DNA of 64,000 nucleotides from Alphaproteobacteria bacterium (lineage in GTDB: Bacteria; Pseudomonadota; Alphaproteobacteria; MPNO01; UBA830): NCBI GenBank assembly GCA_965243135.1, contig OZ251539.1:5056001-5120000 (forward strand), in the 5' to 3' direction. Shown here piece after piece: positions 40,493 to 51,419 of this stretch. A model generated the notes under the pieces. That model searched no databases. It was not told where the DNA came from and saw only the letters and a program-made list of their open reading frames with translations. The first letter of the stretch is position 1; each line of letters opens with the position of its first letter. The translations under genes and the position numbers were made by a program.

Positions 40493-41761
40493 TCAGGGCG
40501 CCTCTTTGAACAGGATGGAAGCGTTGGTGCCGCCGAAACCGAAGGAATTGGAGAGCGCGACGCGGACGGGCCTTTCCTTCGCCTGCAGGGGCACCAGATC
40601 GATGTCGCATCCGTCGGAGGGATTCTCGAGGTTGAGCGTCGGCGGCGCGACGCCGTCTCCGATCGCCTTGATCGCGAAGATCGCTTCCACCGCCCCGGCG
40701 GCTCCCAGCAGGTGTCCGATCGCCGACTTGGTGGACGACATCGACAGCGCGTATGCGTGGTCGCCGAAAAGCCGCTTGACGGCGCCCAGCTCGATCTCGT
40801 CGCCGACGGGCGTGGACGTGCCGTGCGCGTTGACGTAGTCGACCTCCTCCGGGTTGATCCGGGCGTTTCGCAGCGCGGCCCGCATCGAGCGGTAGCCGCC
40901 GTTTCCGTCTTCCGGGGGCGCGGTCACGTGATGGGCGTCTCCGGACAGGCCGTACCCCGCGACCTCGGCGTGAATCGTGGCGCCGCGCGCCTTGGCGCGC
41001 TCGTACTCCTCGAGCACCAGGACGCCGGCCCCTTCTCCCATCACGAAGCCGTCCCGGTCGCGGTCCCACGGCCGCGAGGCGCGTTCCGGCTCGTCGTTGA
41101 AATTCGAGGACAGGGCCCGCGCCGCGGCGAAGCCGGCGACGCCGAGGCGGCAGATGGCGGCTTCGGACCCGCCCGCCACCATCATGTCCGCGTCGCCGAA
41201 ACCGATCAGGCGCGCCGCGTCGCCGATCGCGTGCGCGCCGGTGGAACAGGCGGTCACCGGGGCGTGGTTGGGCCCCTTGAGTCCGTATCTTATCGACACT
41301 TGTCCGGACGCGAGATTGATCAGGCTCGAAGGGATGAAGAACGGGGAGATGCGGCGCGGCCCCTTCTCCTCCAGTTGCGCCGACGCCGCGGCGATCGTCG
41401 CGAGGCCGCCGATGCCCGAACCGATCATCACGCCCGCGCGCTCGGCGTCTTCTTCGGTCTCGATCTCCCATCCCGATGCGGCGAGGGCTTCCTTCGCCGC
41501 TGCCAGCGCGTAAACGATGAAGGCGTCCATCTTGCGCTGGTCCTTGGGAGGAAGCACTTCGTCGGGATCGAACAGGCCCGCCGCGGCGTCGCCGCGGGGG
41601 ATTTCGCAGGCGATCCGGACCGCGAGGTCGCCGACGTCGAACGACCGGATGGCGTCCGCGCCCGATTCGCCTTCGAGAAGACGCTTCCAGACGTTGCCGA
41701 CCCCGACGCCGAGCGGGGTGACGACGCCCATTCCGGTCACGACGACTCGCCTGAGTTCCAT
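40493..41761 (-). CDS. fabF: Beta-ketoacyl-ACP synthase II
   Basis: TACSTG, NAHGTST, GHLLGAAG, SNSFGFGG. Confidence 0.96.
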   Translation of the reverse strand: MELRRVVVTGMGVVTPLGVGVGNVWKRLLEGESGADAIRSFDVGDLAVRIACEIPRGDAAAGLFDPDEVLPPKDQRKMDAFIVYALAAAKEALAASGWEIETEEDAERAGVMIGSGIGGLATIAAASAQLEEKGPRRISPFFIPSSLINLASGQVSIRYGLKGPNHAPVTACSTGAHAIGDAARLIGFGDADMMVAGGSEAAICRLGVAGFAAARALSSNFNDEPERASRPWDRDRDGFVMGEGAGVLVLEEYERAKARGATIHAEVAGYGLSGDAHHVTAPPEDGNGGYRSMRAALRNARINPEEVDYVNAHGTSTPVGDEIELGAVKRLFGDHAYALSMSSTKSAIGHLLGAAGAVEAIFAIKAIGDGVAPPTLNLENPSDGCDIDLVPLQAKERPVRVALSNSFGFGGTNASILFKEAP

Positions 41762-41789
41762 GTTCAGCTCTCCGAGGCGGCCCGGCAGC

Positions 41790-42026
41790 TCAGGCGCCGC
41801 TCTCCTCGAGAAACGCGATCGCGTCCTTCACGGTCATGATCTTCTCGGCCGCGTCGTCGGGAATCTCGCAACCGAATTCCTCTTCGAACGCCATTACGAG
41901 TTCCACGGTGTCGAGGCTGTCCGCGCCCAGATCGTCGATGAAGCTGGCGTTCTCGGTCACCTTGCCTTCGTCCACCCCGAGATGCTCCACCACGATTTTC
42001 TTTACCCGTTCTGCGATATCGCTCAT
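41790..42026 (-). CDS. acpP: Acyl carrier protein
   Basis: [20 protein letters not shown]. Confidence 0.97.
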   Translation of the reverse strand: MSDIAERVKKIVVEHLGVDEGKVTENASFIDDLGADSLDTVELVMAFEEEFGCEIPDDAAEKIMTVKDAIAFLEESGA

Positions 42027-42158
42027 CTTTCTTCCCTGAATTCCGCCGGCTTCCGCGCATGCGGCAGACCGGACTGCGGTTCCGGCCGTCCGCGCGAGCC
42101 CTTTCCGGCGGCAGCCGGGGGTCCGAACGGAACGTCCGCTCGCCGTGCTTATATCACG

Positions 42159-42896
42159 CTATATCATGGCCATTCCACCGTTGACGTGCAGCGTCTGGCC
42201 CGTGACGTAAGCCGCTTCGCCGGAGCACAGGAACGCGACGCAGGCCGCGACGTCTTCAGGCGTTCCGGGCCGGCCGGCCGGTATCCGCCGGAACAGTTCC
42301 TCCCTGCGGGCGTCGTCCATCCCCGCGGTCATCGCGGTCTCGACGAAACCCGGAGCGACGCAGTTCACCGTGATGCCGCGCGTCGCGACCTCGGCGGCCA
42401 GCGATTTCGACATGCCGGCGATGCCCGCCTTCGACGCGGCGTAGCCGGTCTGGCCGGGATTGCCGGTGGTTCCGACGATCGAGGTGACGTTGACGATCCG
42501 GCCCCAGCGCGCCCGCATCATGCCCCGCAGGACGCCGCGCGAAAGCCGAAACGCCGCGGTCAGATTGACTTCGAGAACCTCCCGCCAGTCGTCGTCCCTG
42601 ACGCGCATCGCCAGGCCGTCGCGCGCGAGGCCGGCGTTGTTGACCAGAATGTCGACGCCGCCCATGGCGCCTTCGGCGGACGCCAGCGTCCGGTCTGCGC
42701 CCTCGGGTTCCGAAAGGTCGCTTTGGACCGCATGCGCCCGGTCGCCGAGCTCGGCCGCCAGCCCGTCGAGCGCGGCCCGGTTCCTGCCCGCGACGCATAC
42801 CGTCGCGCCCTGCGCGCAGAGCAGCCGCGCGGTCGCGCCGCCGATTCCTCCTGACGCGCCGGTGACCAGCGCGCGCTTTCCGGTCAGTTCGAACAT
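42159..42896 (-). CDS. fabG: 3-oxoacyl-ACP reductase
   Basis: TGASGGIG, NNAG, YAASK; ATG at 42896. Confidence 0.95.
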   Translation of the reverse strand: MFELTGKRALVTGASGGIGGATARLLCAQGATVCVAGRNRAALDGLAAELGDRAHAVQSDLSEPEGADRTLASAEGAMGGVDILVNNAGLARDGLAMRVRDDDWREVLEVNLTAAFRLSRGVLRGMMRARWGRIVNVTSIVGTTGNPGQTGYAASKAGIAGMSKSLAAEVATRGITVNCVAPGFVETAMTAGMDDARREELFRRIPAGRPGTPEDVAACVAFLCSGEAAYVTGQTLHVNGGMAMI

Positions 42897-43846
42897 TCGC
42901 CGTCTCCGATCAGCTCGAGCGCGGCTTCTACGTCGCCCGGCGCGCCGACGCTGATCGCCTTCAGTTCGGGAGCGATTCTCCGGGCCAGCCCGGACAGCAC
43001 CTTGCCGGCGCCGATCTCGATGACGGCATCGACGCCCATCTCCCGCATCTTCATGACGCTTTCCCGCCACCGCACCATGGCCGTCACCTGCTTCACGAGA
43101 AGGGTACGGATTTCGCCGGGATCGTCGACGGGTTCGGCCGTCACGTTGGCCACGAGCGGCGCCGACGGCGCGCACGGCGGCGTCGCCGCGAGGGCCTCCT
43201 CCATGGCCGCCGCGGCGGGCGCCATCATCTCGCAATGAAAGGGGGCGCTCACCGGAAGCTTCACGCTGCGGCGGACGCCGCGGTCCGCGGCGATCCGGAC
43301 CGCCCGGTCGATCGCGCCCGCCGCGCCGGACAACACGACCTGGCCCGGGGCGTTGTCGTTGGCGACAGCGCAGACCGACCCTTCGGCCGCCTGGTCCGCG
43401 ATCTCGCGAGCGAGCGCAAGATCCGCGCCGAGCAGGGCGGCCATGCCCCCTTCTCCGACCGGCACCGCTTCCTGCATCGCCTCGCCGCGCCTTCGCAACA
43501 GCCGCGCGGCATCGTCGAGCGCAAGGCCTTGCGCCGCCGCAAGCGCCGCGTATTCGCCGAGCGAATGTCCGGCCACGCACGCGCAACTCCGGACGACGTC
43601 CTTCCCGGCTTCCGTCTCGAGGACGCGAAGCGCCGCCATGCTCACCGCCATCAGGGCGGGCTGGGCATTCTCCGTAAGGGTGAGTTCATCCTGCGGTCCA
43701 GAGGCGATCAAGCCGCTCAGATCGCGGCCGAGCGCTTCGTCGACCGCCTCCAGGGTTTCGCGCGCAGACGGAAAGGCGGCAAGCAATTCTTTCCCCATGC
43801 CGACGGCCTGCGAGCCTTGCCCCGGAAAAACCAGCGCGCATGTCAT
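42884..43846 (-). CDS. fabD: Malonyl-CoA:ACP transacylase
   Basis: FPGQGSQ, GHSLGEY, VSAPFH. Confidence 0.95.
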   Translation of the reverse strand: MTCALVFPGQGSQAVGMGKELLAAFPSARETLEAVDEALGRDLSGLIASGPQDELTLTENAQPALMAVSMAALRVLETEAGKDVVRSCACVAGHSLGEYAALAAAQGLALDDAARLLRRRGEAMQEAVPVGEGGMAALLGADLALAREIADQAAEGSVCAVANDNAPGQVVLSGAAGAIDRAVRIAADRGVRRSVKLPVSAPFHCEMMAPAAAAMEEALAATPPCAPSAPLVANVTAEPVDDPGEIRTLLVKQVTAMVRWRESVMKMREMGVDAVIEIGAGKVLSGLARRIAPELKAISVGAPGDVEAALELIGDGECSN

Positions 43847-44104
43847 CCCGTCCCCCGCGTTCTCCACGCGGAACAGTCATAGACGGGGCGAGTCGCGTGT
43901 CAAGCCGGGAAGTCCGGACGGCTCGGCGGCGGGAGCCGCGAACGCTCTCGCCCGCCTCGCGAGTCCCTCCCGCAGACCGGCGGGGGAGGCGGCGAAGGTT
44001 CAGGAGCGCCGACGCCGGTCCCTTGCGCGGCGCCGGCGAACGTGTATATTGCGCCGGCCCGCGTTCGAGGCTGGCGCGGCGTCGATGCACATGGGAGTGG
44101 TCAG

Positions 44105-44794
44105 GTGTCGTTTTACGAAAGCGTATACATTGCGCGTCCGGACATTTCGGCGGCGCAGGTCGAGGCCCTTACCCAGAGCCTGACCGGGATCGTCGAGGAG
44201 AACGGCGGAAAGGTCACGAAGACCGAGTACTGGGGGGTCAAGTCCCTCGCCTACCGCATCAAGAAGAATCGCAAGGGCCACTACTCGCTCCTCAATCTGG
44301 ACGCGCCGCCGGCCGCGTTGAAGGAGATGGAGCGCAACATGCGGCTCAGCGAGGACATCATCCGTTACATGAGCGTCCGGGTCGATCAGCTCGAAGAAGG
44401 GCCGTCGATCGTGATGCAGAACAAGAGCGGCCGCGACGGACGGAATCGCGACCGGAGCGGAGGCTTCAGGGGCGGGGCGGCGAAAAAGGCGGACAATTCC
44501 GGCGGGAACGGGAAAACCGACCGGCACGGCGAGACCGGCAAGGCGCAGACGGGAGCCGCCAATGCGCCGACCGGCGCCGGCGGGCCGCAGACGGAAGCGG
44601 CCGGGGCGCAGGCCGAACCCGGCAAGGTGCAGACGGAAGGCGACAAGCCGCAGGCCGAAACTACCGGGGCGCCGACCGATGCCGCCAAGCCGCGGACGGA
44701 AGCCGCTGGGACGCCGACCGACGCCGGCAAGCCGCAGGCCGAATCCGCCGGGGAGCCGACCGCAACAACCACTGAGGCAGGAACCGAGACATGA
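44105..44794 (+). CDS. rpsF: 30S ribosomal protein S6 with long low-complexity C-terminal tail
   Basis: [30 protein letters not shown]; followed by rpsR. Confidence 0.93.
   Translation: MSFYESVYIARPDISAAQVEALTQSLTGIVEENGGKVTKTEYWGVKSLAYRIKKNRKGHYSLLNLDAPPAALKEMERNMRLSEDIIRYMSVRVDQLEEGPSIVMQNKSGRDGRNRDRSGGFRGGAAKKADNSGGNGKTDRHGETGKAQTGAANAPTGAGGPQTEAAGAQAEPGKVQTEGDKPQAETTGAPTDAAKPRTEAAGTPTDAGKPQAESAGEPTATTTEAGTET
44537..44762 (+). repeat. Degenerate 21/42-nt coding tandem repeat in the rpsF tail
   Basis: Recurrent ggcaagccgcag/gccgaccgacgcc units encoding GKPQ(T/A)E-A-GAPTDA. Confidence 0.7.
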
Positions 44795-45018
44795 GCCGGC
44801 GACCCTTTTTCCGGCGGCCGAAGAGCTGTCCGTTTTCCGGGGCGAACGCGCCCAAAATCGACTACAAGAACGCCAAACTGCTGCAACGCTTCATTTCCGA
44901 ACGCGGCAAGATCGTGCCCAGCCGGATCACCGCCGTCTCGGCGAAAAAACAGCGGGAGCTGGCGAGAGCGATCAAACGGGCCCGCAACATCGCGCTGCTG
45001 CCGTTCATCGTCAATTGA
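44791..45018 (+). CDS. rpsR: 30S ribosomal protein S18
   Basis: IDYK...[14 protein letters not shown]...AIKRAR. Confidence 0.97.
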   Translation: MSRRPFFRRPKSCPFSGANAPKIDYKNAKLLQRFISERGKIVPSRITAVSAKKQRELARAIKRARNIALLPFIVN

Positions 45019-45944
45019 AGCCCGCAGGGCGGGGGGCGCAGTTGGTTCCTCTGGGCGCCGGCGCCGCGGCCGCCGCGCTGCATCTGTCGGCCATATCGGG
45101 CTTCCCCGCCGGGTTCCTGCTCGCGTATTTCGCGCAGGCGCCGTTGGCCGCGACGGGACTCGGGCTCGGCTTCATGCCCGCGGCGATCGCGTCCGCCGTC
45201 GCCGCGTTGATCGTGGGGTTGGCGTCGCCCGGCGTCGGCGCGCTCTCGCTGTTCTTGATCACGTCGGTCCTGCCGGTTCTGATCGTGGTTCGCCTCGCGC
45301 TTCAGAACCGCTCCGCGGAGAACGGCGCTCTCGAATGGTATCCGGCCGGTCGCCTGCTCGGCTGGCTGACCGCGCTGGGGATGGCCGCCTTCGGAGCCGC
45401 TCTCCTGCTCTTCGCCGACGGCGGGCTGACGAGCGCCGTGGAAGGGTACTTCCGGACGCTGCTCGACGGGCCGCCGCTCGACGGAATGATCGGCGCGATG
45501 ACCCGCTACTTCCCCGGAGCGGCCGCCACGTCGTGGATCCTGATGATCGCGATCAACTGCGCCGTCGCCCAGCAACTGCTGACGCGCGCGGGAAAGAACC
45601 TGCGCCCGAAACCGGACTACCGTTCGACGGAAGCGCCGGTCTGGCCGCTGGGCGTCGTCGTCGTCGGCGCGGTGATGTCGTTCTTCGGAGGATTCCTCGG
45701 GTTTGTCGGCGTGAACGCGATGATGATCGCCGGAATCCCTTTTTTCTTTATCGGGCTCGCGGTCTTGCATAGTATCTCCGCCGCTTGGCCCGCCCGACCC
45801 CTGATCCTGTCGGGGGGCTACCTGTTCGCGGCACTGCTGCTCTGGCCGATCGCGGCGATTTCCCTGCTCGGAGTCGGGGAAATCTGGCTGCGTCTTCGCG
45901 ACCGGGCGGGCCGCGCGAAGAAGGGAAAGGATCTATGGAAGTAA
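45015..45944 (+). CDS. DUF2232 family membrane protein
   Basis: Multi-[11 protein letters not shown] motif, typical position between rpsR and rplI; start uncertain. Confidence 0.75.
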   Translation: MKPAGRGAQLVPLGAGAAAAALHLSAISGFPAGFLLAYFAQAPLAATGLGLGFMPAAIASAVAALIVGLASPGVGALSLFLITSVLPVLIVVRLALQNRSAENGALEWYPAGRLLGWLTALGMAAFGAALLLFADGGLTSAVEGYFRTLLDGPPLDGMIGAMTRYFPGAAATSWILMIAINCAVAQQLLTRAGKNLRPKPDYRSTEAPVWPLGVVVVGAVMSFFGGFLGFVGVNAMMIAGIPFFFIGLAVLHSISAAWPARPLILSGGYLFAALLLWPIAAISLLGVGEIWLRLRDRAGRAKKGKDLWK

Positions 45945-46495
45945 TTCTGCTCGAACGCATCGAGAAGCTCGGACAGATGGGCGACGTCGTGGACGTCAAG
46001 CCGGGATACGCGCGCAATTTTCTTCTGCCGCAGCAAAAGGCGCTCAGGGCGACGGACGCGAACCGCGCCGCGTTCGACGAGAAGCGCGCCCAGCTGGAGG
46101 CGGAAAGTCTCGAACGCCGCGAGGAAGCCGAGAGCGTCGCGTCGGCGATGGAGAATCTTTCGGTCGTCATCGTCCGCCAGGCGAGCGACAACGATCACCT
46201 CTACGGCTCCGTCACGACGCGGGACGTCGCGATCGCCGTGTCCGAATCCGGCGTTACCGTCGACCGGCAGCAGGTGCGCCTCGACAGGCCGATCAAGACC
46301 GTCGGCCTGCACGTCGTGCGCATTACCCTGCATCCCGAGGTCGCGGTCGGGATCACCGTCAACGTCGCGCGGTCCGACGAGGAGGCGAAGATGCAGGCCG
46401 AGGGCCGGCGGCCCGGCGACGAAGACGAACGGGAAGACGAAGGCGGCCCGCCCGCGGAGGGCGCGGGACCGGAAACCGCCCCGGACGACGGCTGA
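45935..46495 (+). CDS. rplI: 50S ribosomal protein L9
   Basis: [30 protein letters not shown]. Confidence 0.97.
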   Translation: MEVILLERIEKLGQMGDVVDVKPGYARNFLLPQQKALRATDANRAAFDEKRAQLEAESLERREEAESVASAMENLSVVIVRQASDNDHLYGSVTTRDVAIAVSESGVTVDRQQVRLDRPIKTVGLHVVRITLHPEVAVGITVNVARSDEEAKMQAEGRRPGDEDEREDEGGPPAEGAGPETAPDDG

Positions 46496-46560
46496 TCTTC
46501 GCGGGCGACGGCCGCGCCGATGCGTTCCGCCCGCCAGGCGCTTCCGCCGGATTCCGGAAC

Positions 46561-47328
46561 GTGACCGTCCCGCGCATCGCGTTCGTGGCGGCGTCGTCGG
46601 AAAGCGCCCGGGACGCGCATGCGCGTCTTTCCGGCATGTACGACAGCGCGCCGCCGGACCAGGCGGACGTCGTCGTCGCCCTCGGCGGCGACGGGCACAT
46701 GCTGGAAACTCTGCACGCCTATCGGGACCGCGACGTGCCGATCTACGGCATGAACCAGGGAACGGTCGGCTTTCTGATGAACGAATACCGCGAAACCGGC
46801 CTCCTCGAACGCGTCGCCGAGGCCGGCGCCGTCCGGATAAGGCCGCTGGAAATCGCGGCGGAGTCGGTGAGCGGCGATAGCCTGTCCACGCTCGCGATCA
46901 ACGAGGTCTCCCTGCTGCGCCAGACCCGCCAGGCGGCCAAGATAAAAATCCTGATCGACGGGAAGGTGCGCATGCCCGAACTGATCTGCGACGGCGTTCT
47001 CGTGGCCACGCCCGCCGGCAGCACCGCCTACAATCTTTCCGCGCATGGACCGATCGTCCCCCTCGACGCGAAGCTGCTCGCGCTCACGCCGATCAGCGCC
47101 TTTCGCCCGCGGCGCTGGCGCGGCGCGCTGCTTCCCGACAAGGCGACCATCGCGCTCGAGGTCCTCGAGCCGCTCAAGCGGCCGGTCAGCGCGGTCGGCG
47201 ACTATACTGAGGTCCGCGACGTGCGCCGGGTGGAGGTGCGGACGTCGCCCGACAAGTCGTTCTGCCTGCTCTTCGACTCGGAGCACAATCTCGAGGACAG
47301 GATCCTGAACGAGCAATTCATTCCCTGA
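46561..47328 (+). CDS. nadK: NAD kinase
   Basis: [27 protein letters not shown]. Confidence 0.92.
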   Translation: MTVPRIAFVAASSESARDAHARLSGMYDSAPPDQADVVVALGGDGHMLETLHAYRDRDVPIYGMNQGTVGFLMNEYRETGLLERVAEAGAVRIRPLEIAAESVSGDSLSTLAINEVSLLRQTRQAAKIKILIDGKVRMPELICDGVLVATPAGSTAYNLSAHGPIVPLDAKLLALTPISAFRPRRWRGALLPDKATIALEVLEPLKRPVSAVGDYTEVRDVRRVEVRTSPDKSFCLLFDSEHNLEDRILNEQFIP

Positions 47329-47347
47329 CGCCCGCGCGGAGAACGGC

Positions 47348-48415
47348 ATGCCGGTCATCGTCGCGGAAGACGACGTCATCATCCGCACCGCCCAGGCGAT
47401 CCTCGACCCCGACGCCGACCCGGAGCGGTACGCCGCGATCGCGGACTACTATCGCGTCGACATTCCCGATTTCGACCGCTGGGTCGGCGATCTCAGGGCC
47501 GAGTTCCCGAACCTGTTTCCGGCGGCCTTCCGGATGGTCCGGACCCAGGAAGAGTTCCGGAGCGGCCTGGCGGAAGCGGACGGCGCCGTGTGCCAGGACC
47601 TTGCGGTCGGAATCCCCGAACTCGACGCCGCGCCGGCGCTCAAGATCGTCCAGAAGTTCGGCGCCGACCTGCGGAACGTCGACCTCGAAGCCTGCGCGTC
47701 GCGGGGCGTCGCGGTCAAGCCGTTGCGCCGGCGCGTCAACGTCGCCGTCGCCGAGCACGCGATGGCGATGATGCTCGCCATGGCGAAGAAGCTTCCCCTG
47801 CTCGACCGGCGCATCGACGAGGCCAGCCTTCGCGCGGCCGGCTTCCGGCCCCGCATGTACGACCGCCGCCATGCCGCGGCGGCCAACTGGGGCCGCGTCC
47901 CGGGGCTGCGCACGCTGTACGGCGCGACGGTGGGTTGCCTGGGCCTCGGCGAAATCGGCCGCGAAGTCGCCGCGCGGGCGATCGCCTTCGGCGCCGAGAC
48001 GCTCTACCACCAGCGCAACCGGCTGCCGCCGGAAATCGAGGCGGGCGCGGTCTATTGCGGCTTCGAGGAGCTTCTCGAGCGCGCCGACTACGTCAGCGTT
48101 CACCTTCCCCTGAACGACTCCACCCGCGGCATGATCGACGCGGAGGCCTTCGCGCGCATGAAGGACGGCGCGTTCCTGATCAATATCTCGAGGGCGGCCA
48201 TAATCGACCGGACCGCTCTGCTGGACGCGCTGGAAGGCGGCCGGATCGGCGGCGCCGCGCTCGACGTGCACTACGAGGAGCCCTCGCCGGCCGACGAGCC
48301 GCTGAAGAACTTCGCGAACGCGCTGCTGACGCCGCATACGGCGGTCGCCTCGCGTCATTGCGCCGCGGCCGACATGCGGGAGCTCGTCGGCAATCTCGCC
48401 GCGGAGATCGGCTGA
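47348..48415 (+). CDS. D-isomer specific 2-hydroxyacid dehydrogenase family
   Basis: GLGEIG, NISRAAII, LDVHYEEP, TPHTA. Confidence 0.85.
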   Translation: MPVIVAEDDVIIRTAQAILDPDADPERYAAIADYYRVDIPDFDRWVGDLRAEFPNLFPAAFRMVRTQEEFRSGLAEADGAVCQDLAVGIPELDAAPALKIVQKFGADLRNVDLEACASRGVAVKPLRRRVNVAVAEHAMAMMLAMAKKLPLLDRRIDEASLRAAGFRPRMYDRRHAAAANWGRVPGLRTLYGATVGCLGLGEIGREVAARAIAFGAETLYHQRNRLPPEIEAGAVYCGFEELLERADYVSVHLPLNDSTRGMIDAEAFARMKDGAFLINISRAAIIDRTALLDALEGGRIGGAALDVHYEEPSPADEPLKNFANALLTPHTAVASRHCAAADMRELVGNLAAEIG

Positions 48416-48454
48416 CGGCGCTTCGCCGCCGGCACGGCGAAAAGAGGAACCGAC

Positions 48455-49234
48455 ATGGACGAAAAAATCCTGCTCCGCCGCGACGGCGCCGTCGCGACCG
48501 TGGTCATCAATCGGCCCGAGAAGCGGAACGCCCTGGATTCCGCGACCTGGCGCCTGCTGGGCATGACCGTCGACCGCCTGTCGGCCGACGAGACCCTCCG
48601 TTGCGTCGTGTTCGCCGGCGCCGGCGAAAAAGCGTTCGCGGCGGGCAACGACATCTCGGAATTCGAGACGGCGCGCTCCACGGCCGCGCAGGTCCGCGCC
48701 TACAACGAGATCACCGCGGGCGCCCTGCGGGCGATCGAGAACTCCCTCCATCCGACGGTCGCGCGCATCCGCGGCCACTGCCTGGGCGGCGGTCTGGAAA
48801 TCGCGTTGGCATGCGACGTCCGCGTCGCGTCGCGGGACTCGAGATTCGGGCTGCCGGTGCGGAACATGGGCATCTTTCTCGACCCGGCGCTGGCGAACAC
48901 GCTCGTCAACGCCGTCGGGCGGGCGACGGCTCTGGAAATGGTTCTCGAGGGCCGCGTATACGACGCCGAAGAGGCGCTGGAACGCGGCATCGTCACGAGG
49001 GTCGTCGACGTCGCCGGCCTCGACGCCGAAATCGAGGCGACGGCGCGTCGCGTCGCCGAGGGGGCGCCGCTCGCCGCCCGCTTCAACCGGCGCGTCGTGC
49101 GGGGCGTGTCGCCGGAGGCGTCGCCATCCGAAGAAGCGCTCGCGGAAGCGGCCTCCTACGGCGACACCCAGGACTACAAGGCTGCCTACGCCGCGTTCGC
49201 GGCCCGAACCAGACCGACGTTCAGGGGGCGCTGA
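48455..49234 (+). CDS. Enoyl-CoA hydratase/isomerase family
   Basis: NRPEKRNAL, FAAGNDI, CLGGGLEIALACD. Confidence 0.88.
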   Translation: MDEKILLRRDGAVATVVINRPEKRNALDSATWRLLGMTVDRLSADETLRCVVFAGAGEKAFAAGNDISEFETARSTAAQVRAYNEITAGALRAIENSLHPTVARIRGHCLGGGLEIALACDVRVASRDSRFGLPVRNMGIFLDPALANTLVNAVGRATALEMVLEGRVYDAEEALERGIVTRVVDVAGLDAEIEATARRVAEGAPLAARFNRRVVRGVSPEASPSEEALAEAASYGDTQDYKAAYAAFAARTRPTFRGR

Positions 49235-49289
49235 TGCGCGGGACGGCGCGCCTCGCGGCGTTCGCAAGCGCGCCGCCAGCCGCGACCGG

Positions 49290-50303
49290 TCACGGATCCG
49301 CCAGGAATTCCGCCCGGATCCGCTCGATCGTCGCCGGATCGAAGTAATCGTCGATCCGTTCGCGGACCGTTTTCGCGTAGCCGGCGTCGGCCGGCGACCG
49401 GCCGTATTCGACCCGCCACTTCGCGCACCACGTCGTCGTCCGCAACCATGTCAGCCTCCTCATGGCGGCGCACCAGGGACGGATCCGGTCGCCCAGCGCC
49501 GTCGGCGCCGCCGCGAAGTAAGCCGCGTAGAACGCCGACGACTGTTCCGGGGTCAGCGCCGCGCCGCAGTCCCACATGGTGGAAGTATAGACGCTGGCGT
49601 GGGCGAGATCGATCGCGGGCGACCCGTAGACCATCTTCTCGAGGTCGACGAAGATCGCCGCCCCCTCGCCGTTGACGATGAAATTGCCCGGATGCGTGTC
49701 GGTTCCCGCAAGCGCGACGGGATGCTCCGGCAGGCCGGAACCGCAGCCGCGCGCCCAGGCGAGCTCCTCGGAGAGCTGACGCGACGCGTCGGGATGCATG
49801 CCCGCGAGGTCGATATAGGCCGCCTGGACCTCGATGACGTCGACCGTCGCCCGGACGGGGTCGCGGTGACGCAGCAGCGGCGCGGGATCGTCGGGAACCG
49901 GCAGCTCGTGAATGGCCGCCAGCGACCGGGCGATCCGCGGCAGGTCGTCCGGCAGGACGGGCGACTCGCCCGCGATTTCCCGCACGACGAGCGCGCCCCA
50001 AGGCGCTCCCTTCGAAGGCTGGATCGCGCCGAGCAAGGCCGGGACCGCCCCGCAGGCCGCCGCCCGGCGGAAGCACGCCGCCTGGTAGGCGAGGTTTCGG
50101 GCGGGATCGAACCCGTAGGCGCTCAGGCGGGGAACGCGAAGAAGCGCGTCCGCGCCGCGAATGCGGACATGCGCGTGGTTCAGGCCTCTGGTTCGAAGTG
50201 GTTCGAGGTCGTCCGCCGCCGCGCGCGCGAAGGCGGGCAGGGCGGCCAGGCCCTCGCGCAGCGCCTGAAGATCCGCGCCGCCGGTCGTCCACGAGCCCGT
50301 CAT
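49290..50303 (-). CDS. Aminoglycoside phosphotransferase-like kinase
   Basis: TDTHPGNF and FVDLEK catalytic-loop-like motifs. Confidence 0.7.
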   Translation of the reverse strand: MTGSWTTGGADLQALREGLAALPAFARAAADDLEPLRTRGLNHAHVRIRGADALLRVPRLSAYGFDPARNLAYQAACFRRAAACGAVPALLGAIQPSKGAPWGALVVREIAGESPVLPDDLPRIARSLAAIHELPVPDDPAPLLRHRDPVRATVDVIEVQAAYIDLAGMHPDASRQLSEELAWARGCGSGLPEHPVALAGTDTHPGNFIVNGEGAAIFVDLEKMVYGSPAIDLAHASVYTSTMWDCGAALTPEQSSAFYAAYFAAAPTALGDRIRPWCAAMRRLTWLRTTTWCAKWRVEYGRSPADAGYAKTVRERIDDYFDPATIERIRAEFLADP

Positions 50304-50365
50304 GAGGCGAACGCCGAACGCGCGGCCGATACCGCATTCGCCGCCGATGCTCTAAACGTTGCCGG

Positions 50366-51277
50366 ATGAACGGCAAACCGTCGGCAACCCCATTTTGGCT
50401 CGCGCTCGCGTTTCTCGCGTTCAGCGCGCTCTCCTGGGCGGGCAGTTCCGTCGCGGGCCGCGCGGCTTCGGGAAACATACCGCCGTTCACCCTGTCCTTC
50501 GTTCGCTGGCTGTGCGTGTTTTTCTGCTTCCTGGCGATCGGCTGGCGCGACGCCTGGAGACAGCGCGGCGCGATATTCCGGCACTGGCGGATCCTTTCGG
50601 CGTTCGCCCTGTTCGGCGTCGTGGGATTTACCGTTCCGTATTACGTCGGCCTCCAGTTCACGGTCGCCGTCAACGCGACGCTGATGAACGCGTCGGGAAC
50701 GATCTGGATCGTCGCGACGACGTTTCTGATGACCGGGGAGACGATCAGTCGCCGCCAGGCCCTCGGCGTCGCGCTCGGCCTGTTCGGCACGCTCACCATC
50801 GTGCTTCGGGCCGACTACGCCCAGCTCGCGGAAATAGCCGTCAACGCCGGCGACCTGTTCGTGCTGGCGGCCTTCTTCTCCTGGGCGGTCTACACCTCCA
50901 TGCTTCGATGGCAGCCGAGCGGCGTCGGCGGGATTCCGTTCCTGATCGCGATCACGGGGATCGGATCCGCGATGATGCTGCCCCTTTTCCTTCTGGATCT
51001 CGGTCGCGGCGCCGTTTTCGAACCGACCGCGGTCAACGCCGGAATCCTCGCCTATTCGGTGATCTTCCCGTCCTTCCTGTCCTACATCTGCTGGAACAGG
51101 GCCGTTTCCGTCGTCGGCCCGAGCGTCGCGAGCATGGCCCAGTACATGATCCCGGTGTTCGGGACGGTCCTTGCGGTGCTGATCCTGGGAGAGATCGTGG
51201 AAACCTTTCATGTCGTCGGGATCGCAATAATTTTCGCCGGAGTATGGCTCGTGACGGCCGGCCGCGGAAGAACCTGA
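50366..51277 (+). CDS. DMT/EamA family transporter
   Basis: Ten TM-like segments in two EamA repeats, ILGE motif. Confidence 0.85.
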   Translation: MNGKPSATPFWLALAFLAFSALSWAGSSVAGRAASGNIPPFTLSFVRWLCVFFCFLAIGWRDAWRQRGAIFRHWRILSAFALFGVVGFTVPYYVGLQFTVAVNATLMNASGTIWIVATTFLMTGETISRRQALGVALGLFGTLTIVLRADYAQLAEIAVNAGDLFVLAAFFSWAVYTSMLRWQPSGVGGIPFLIAITGIGSAMMLPLFLLDLGRGAVFEPTAVNAGILAYSVIFPSFLSYICWNRAVSVVGPSVASMAQYMIPVFGTVLAVLILGEIVETFHVVGIAIIFAGVWLVTAGRGRT

Positions 51278-51419
51278 CGCCCCGGGACCCGCGACGGCGC
51301 CGCGGGCCGCCCGCGAACTCCCGGCTCGCGAGGTCCGCCCGCGGCCCGGGAAGCGGCGGCCGGCGGCGGCGCCACGATAACGGGAGCCGCCCGCGGCGGC
51401 AACGCGGACGCCGGGCGGC

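Noticed and set aside
44537-44762. Periodic repeats as a possible CRISPR array
   Set aside because: Degenerate coding repeats without unique spacers, and no cas genes
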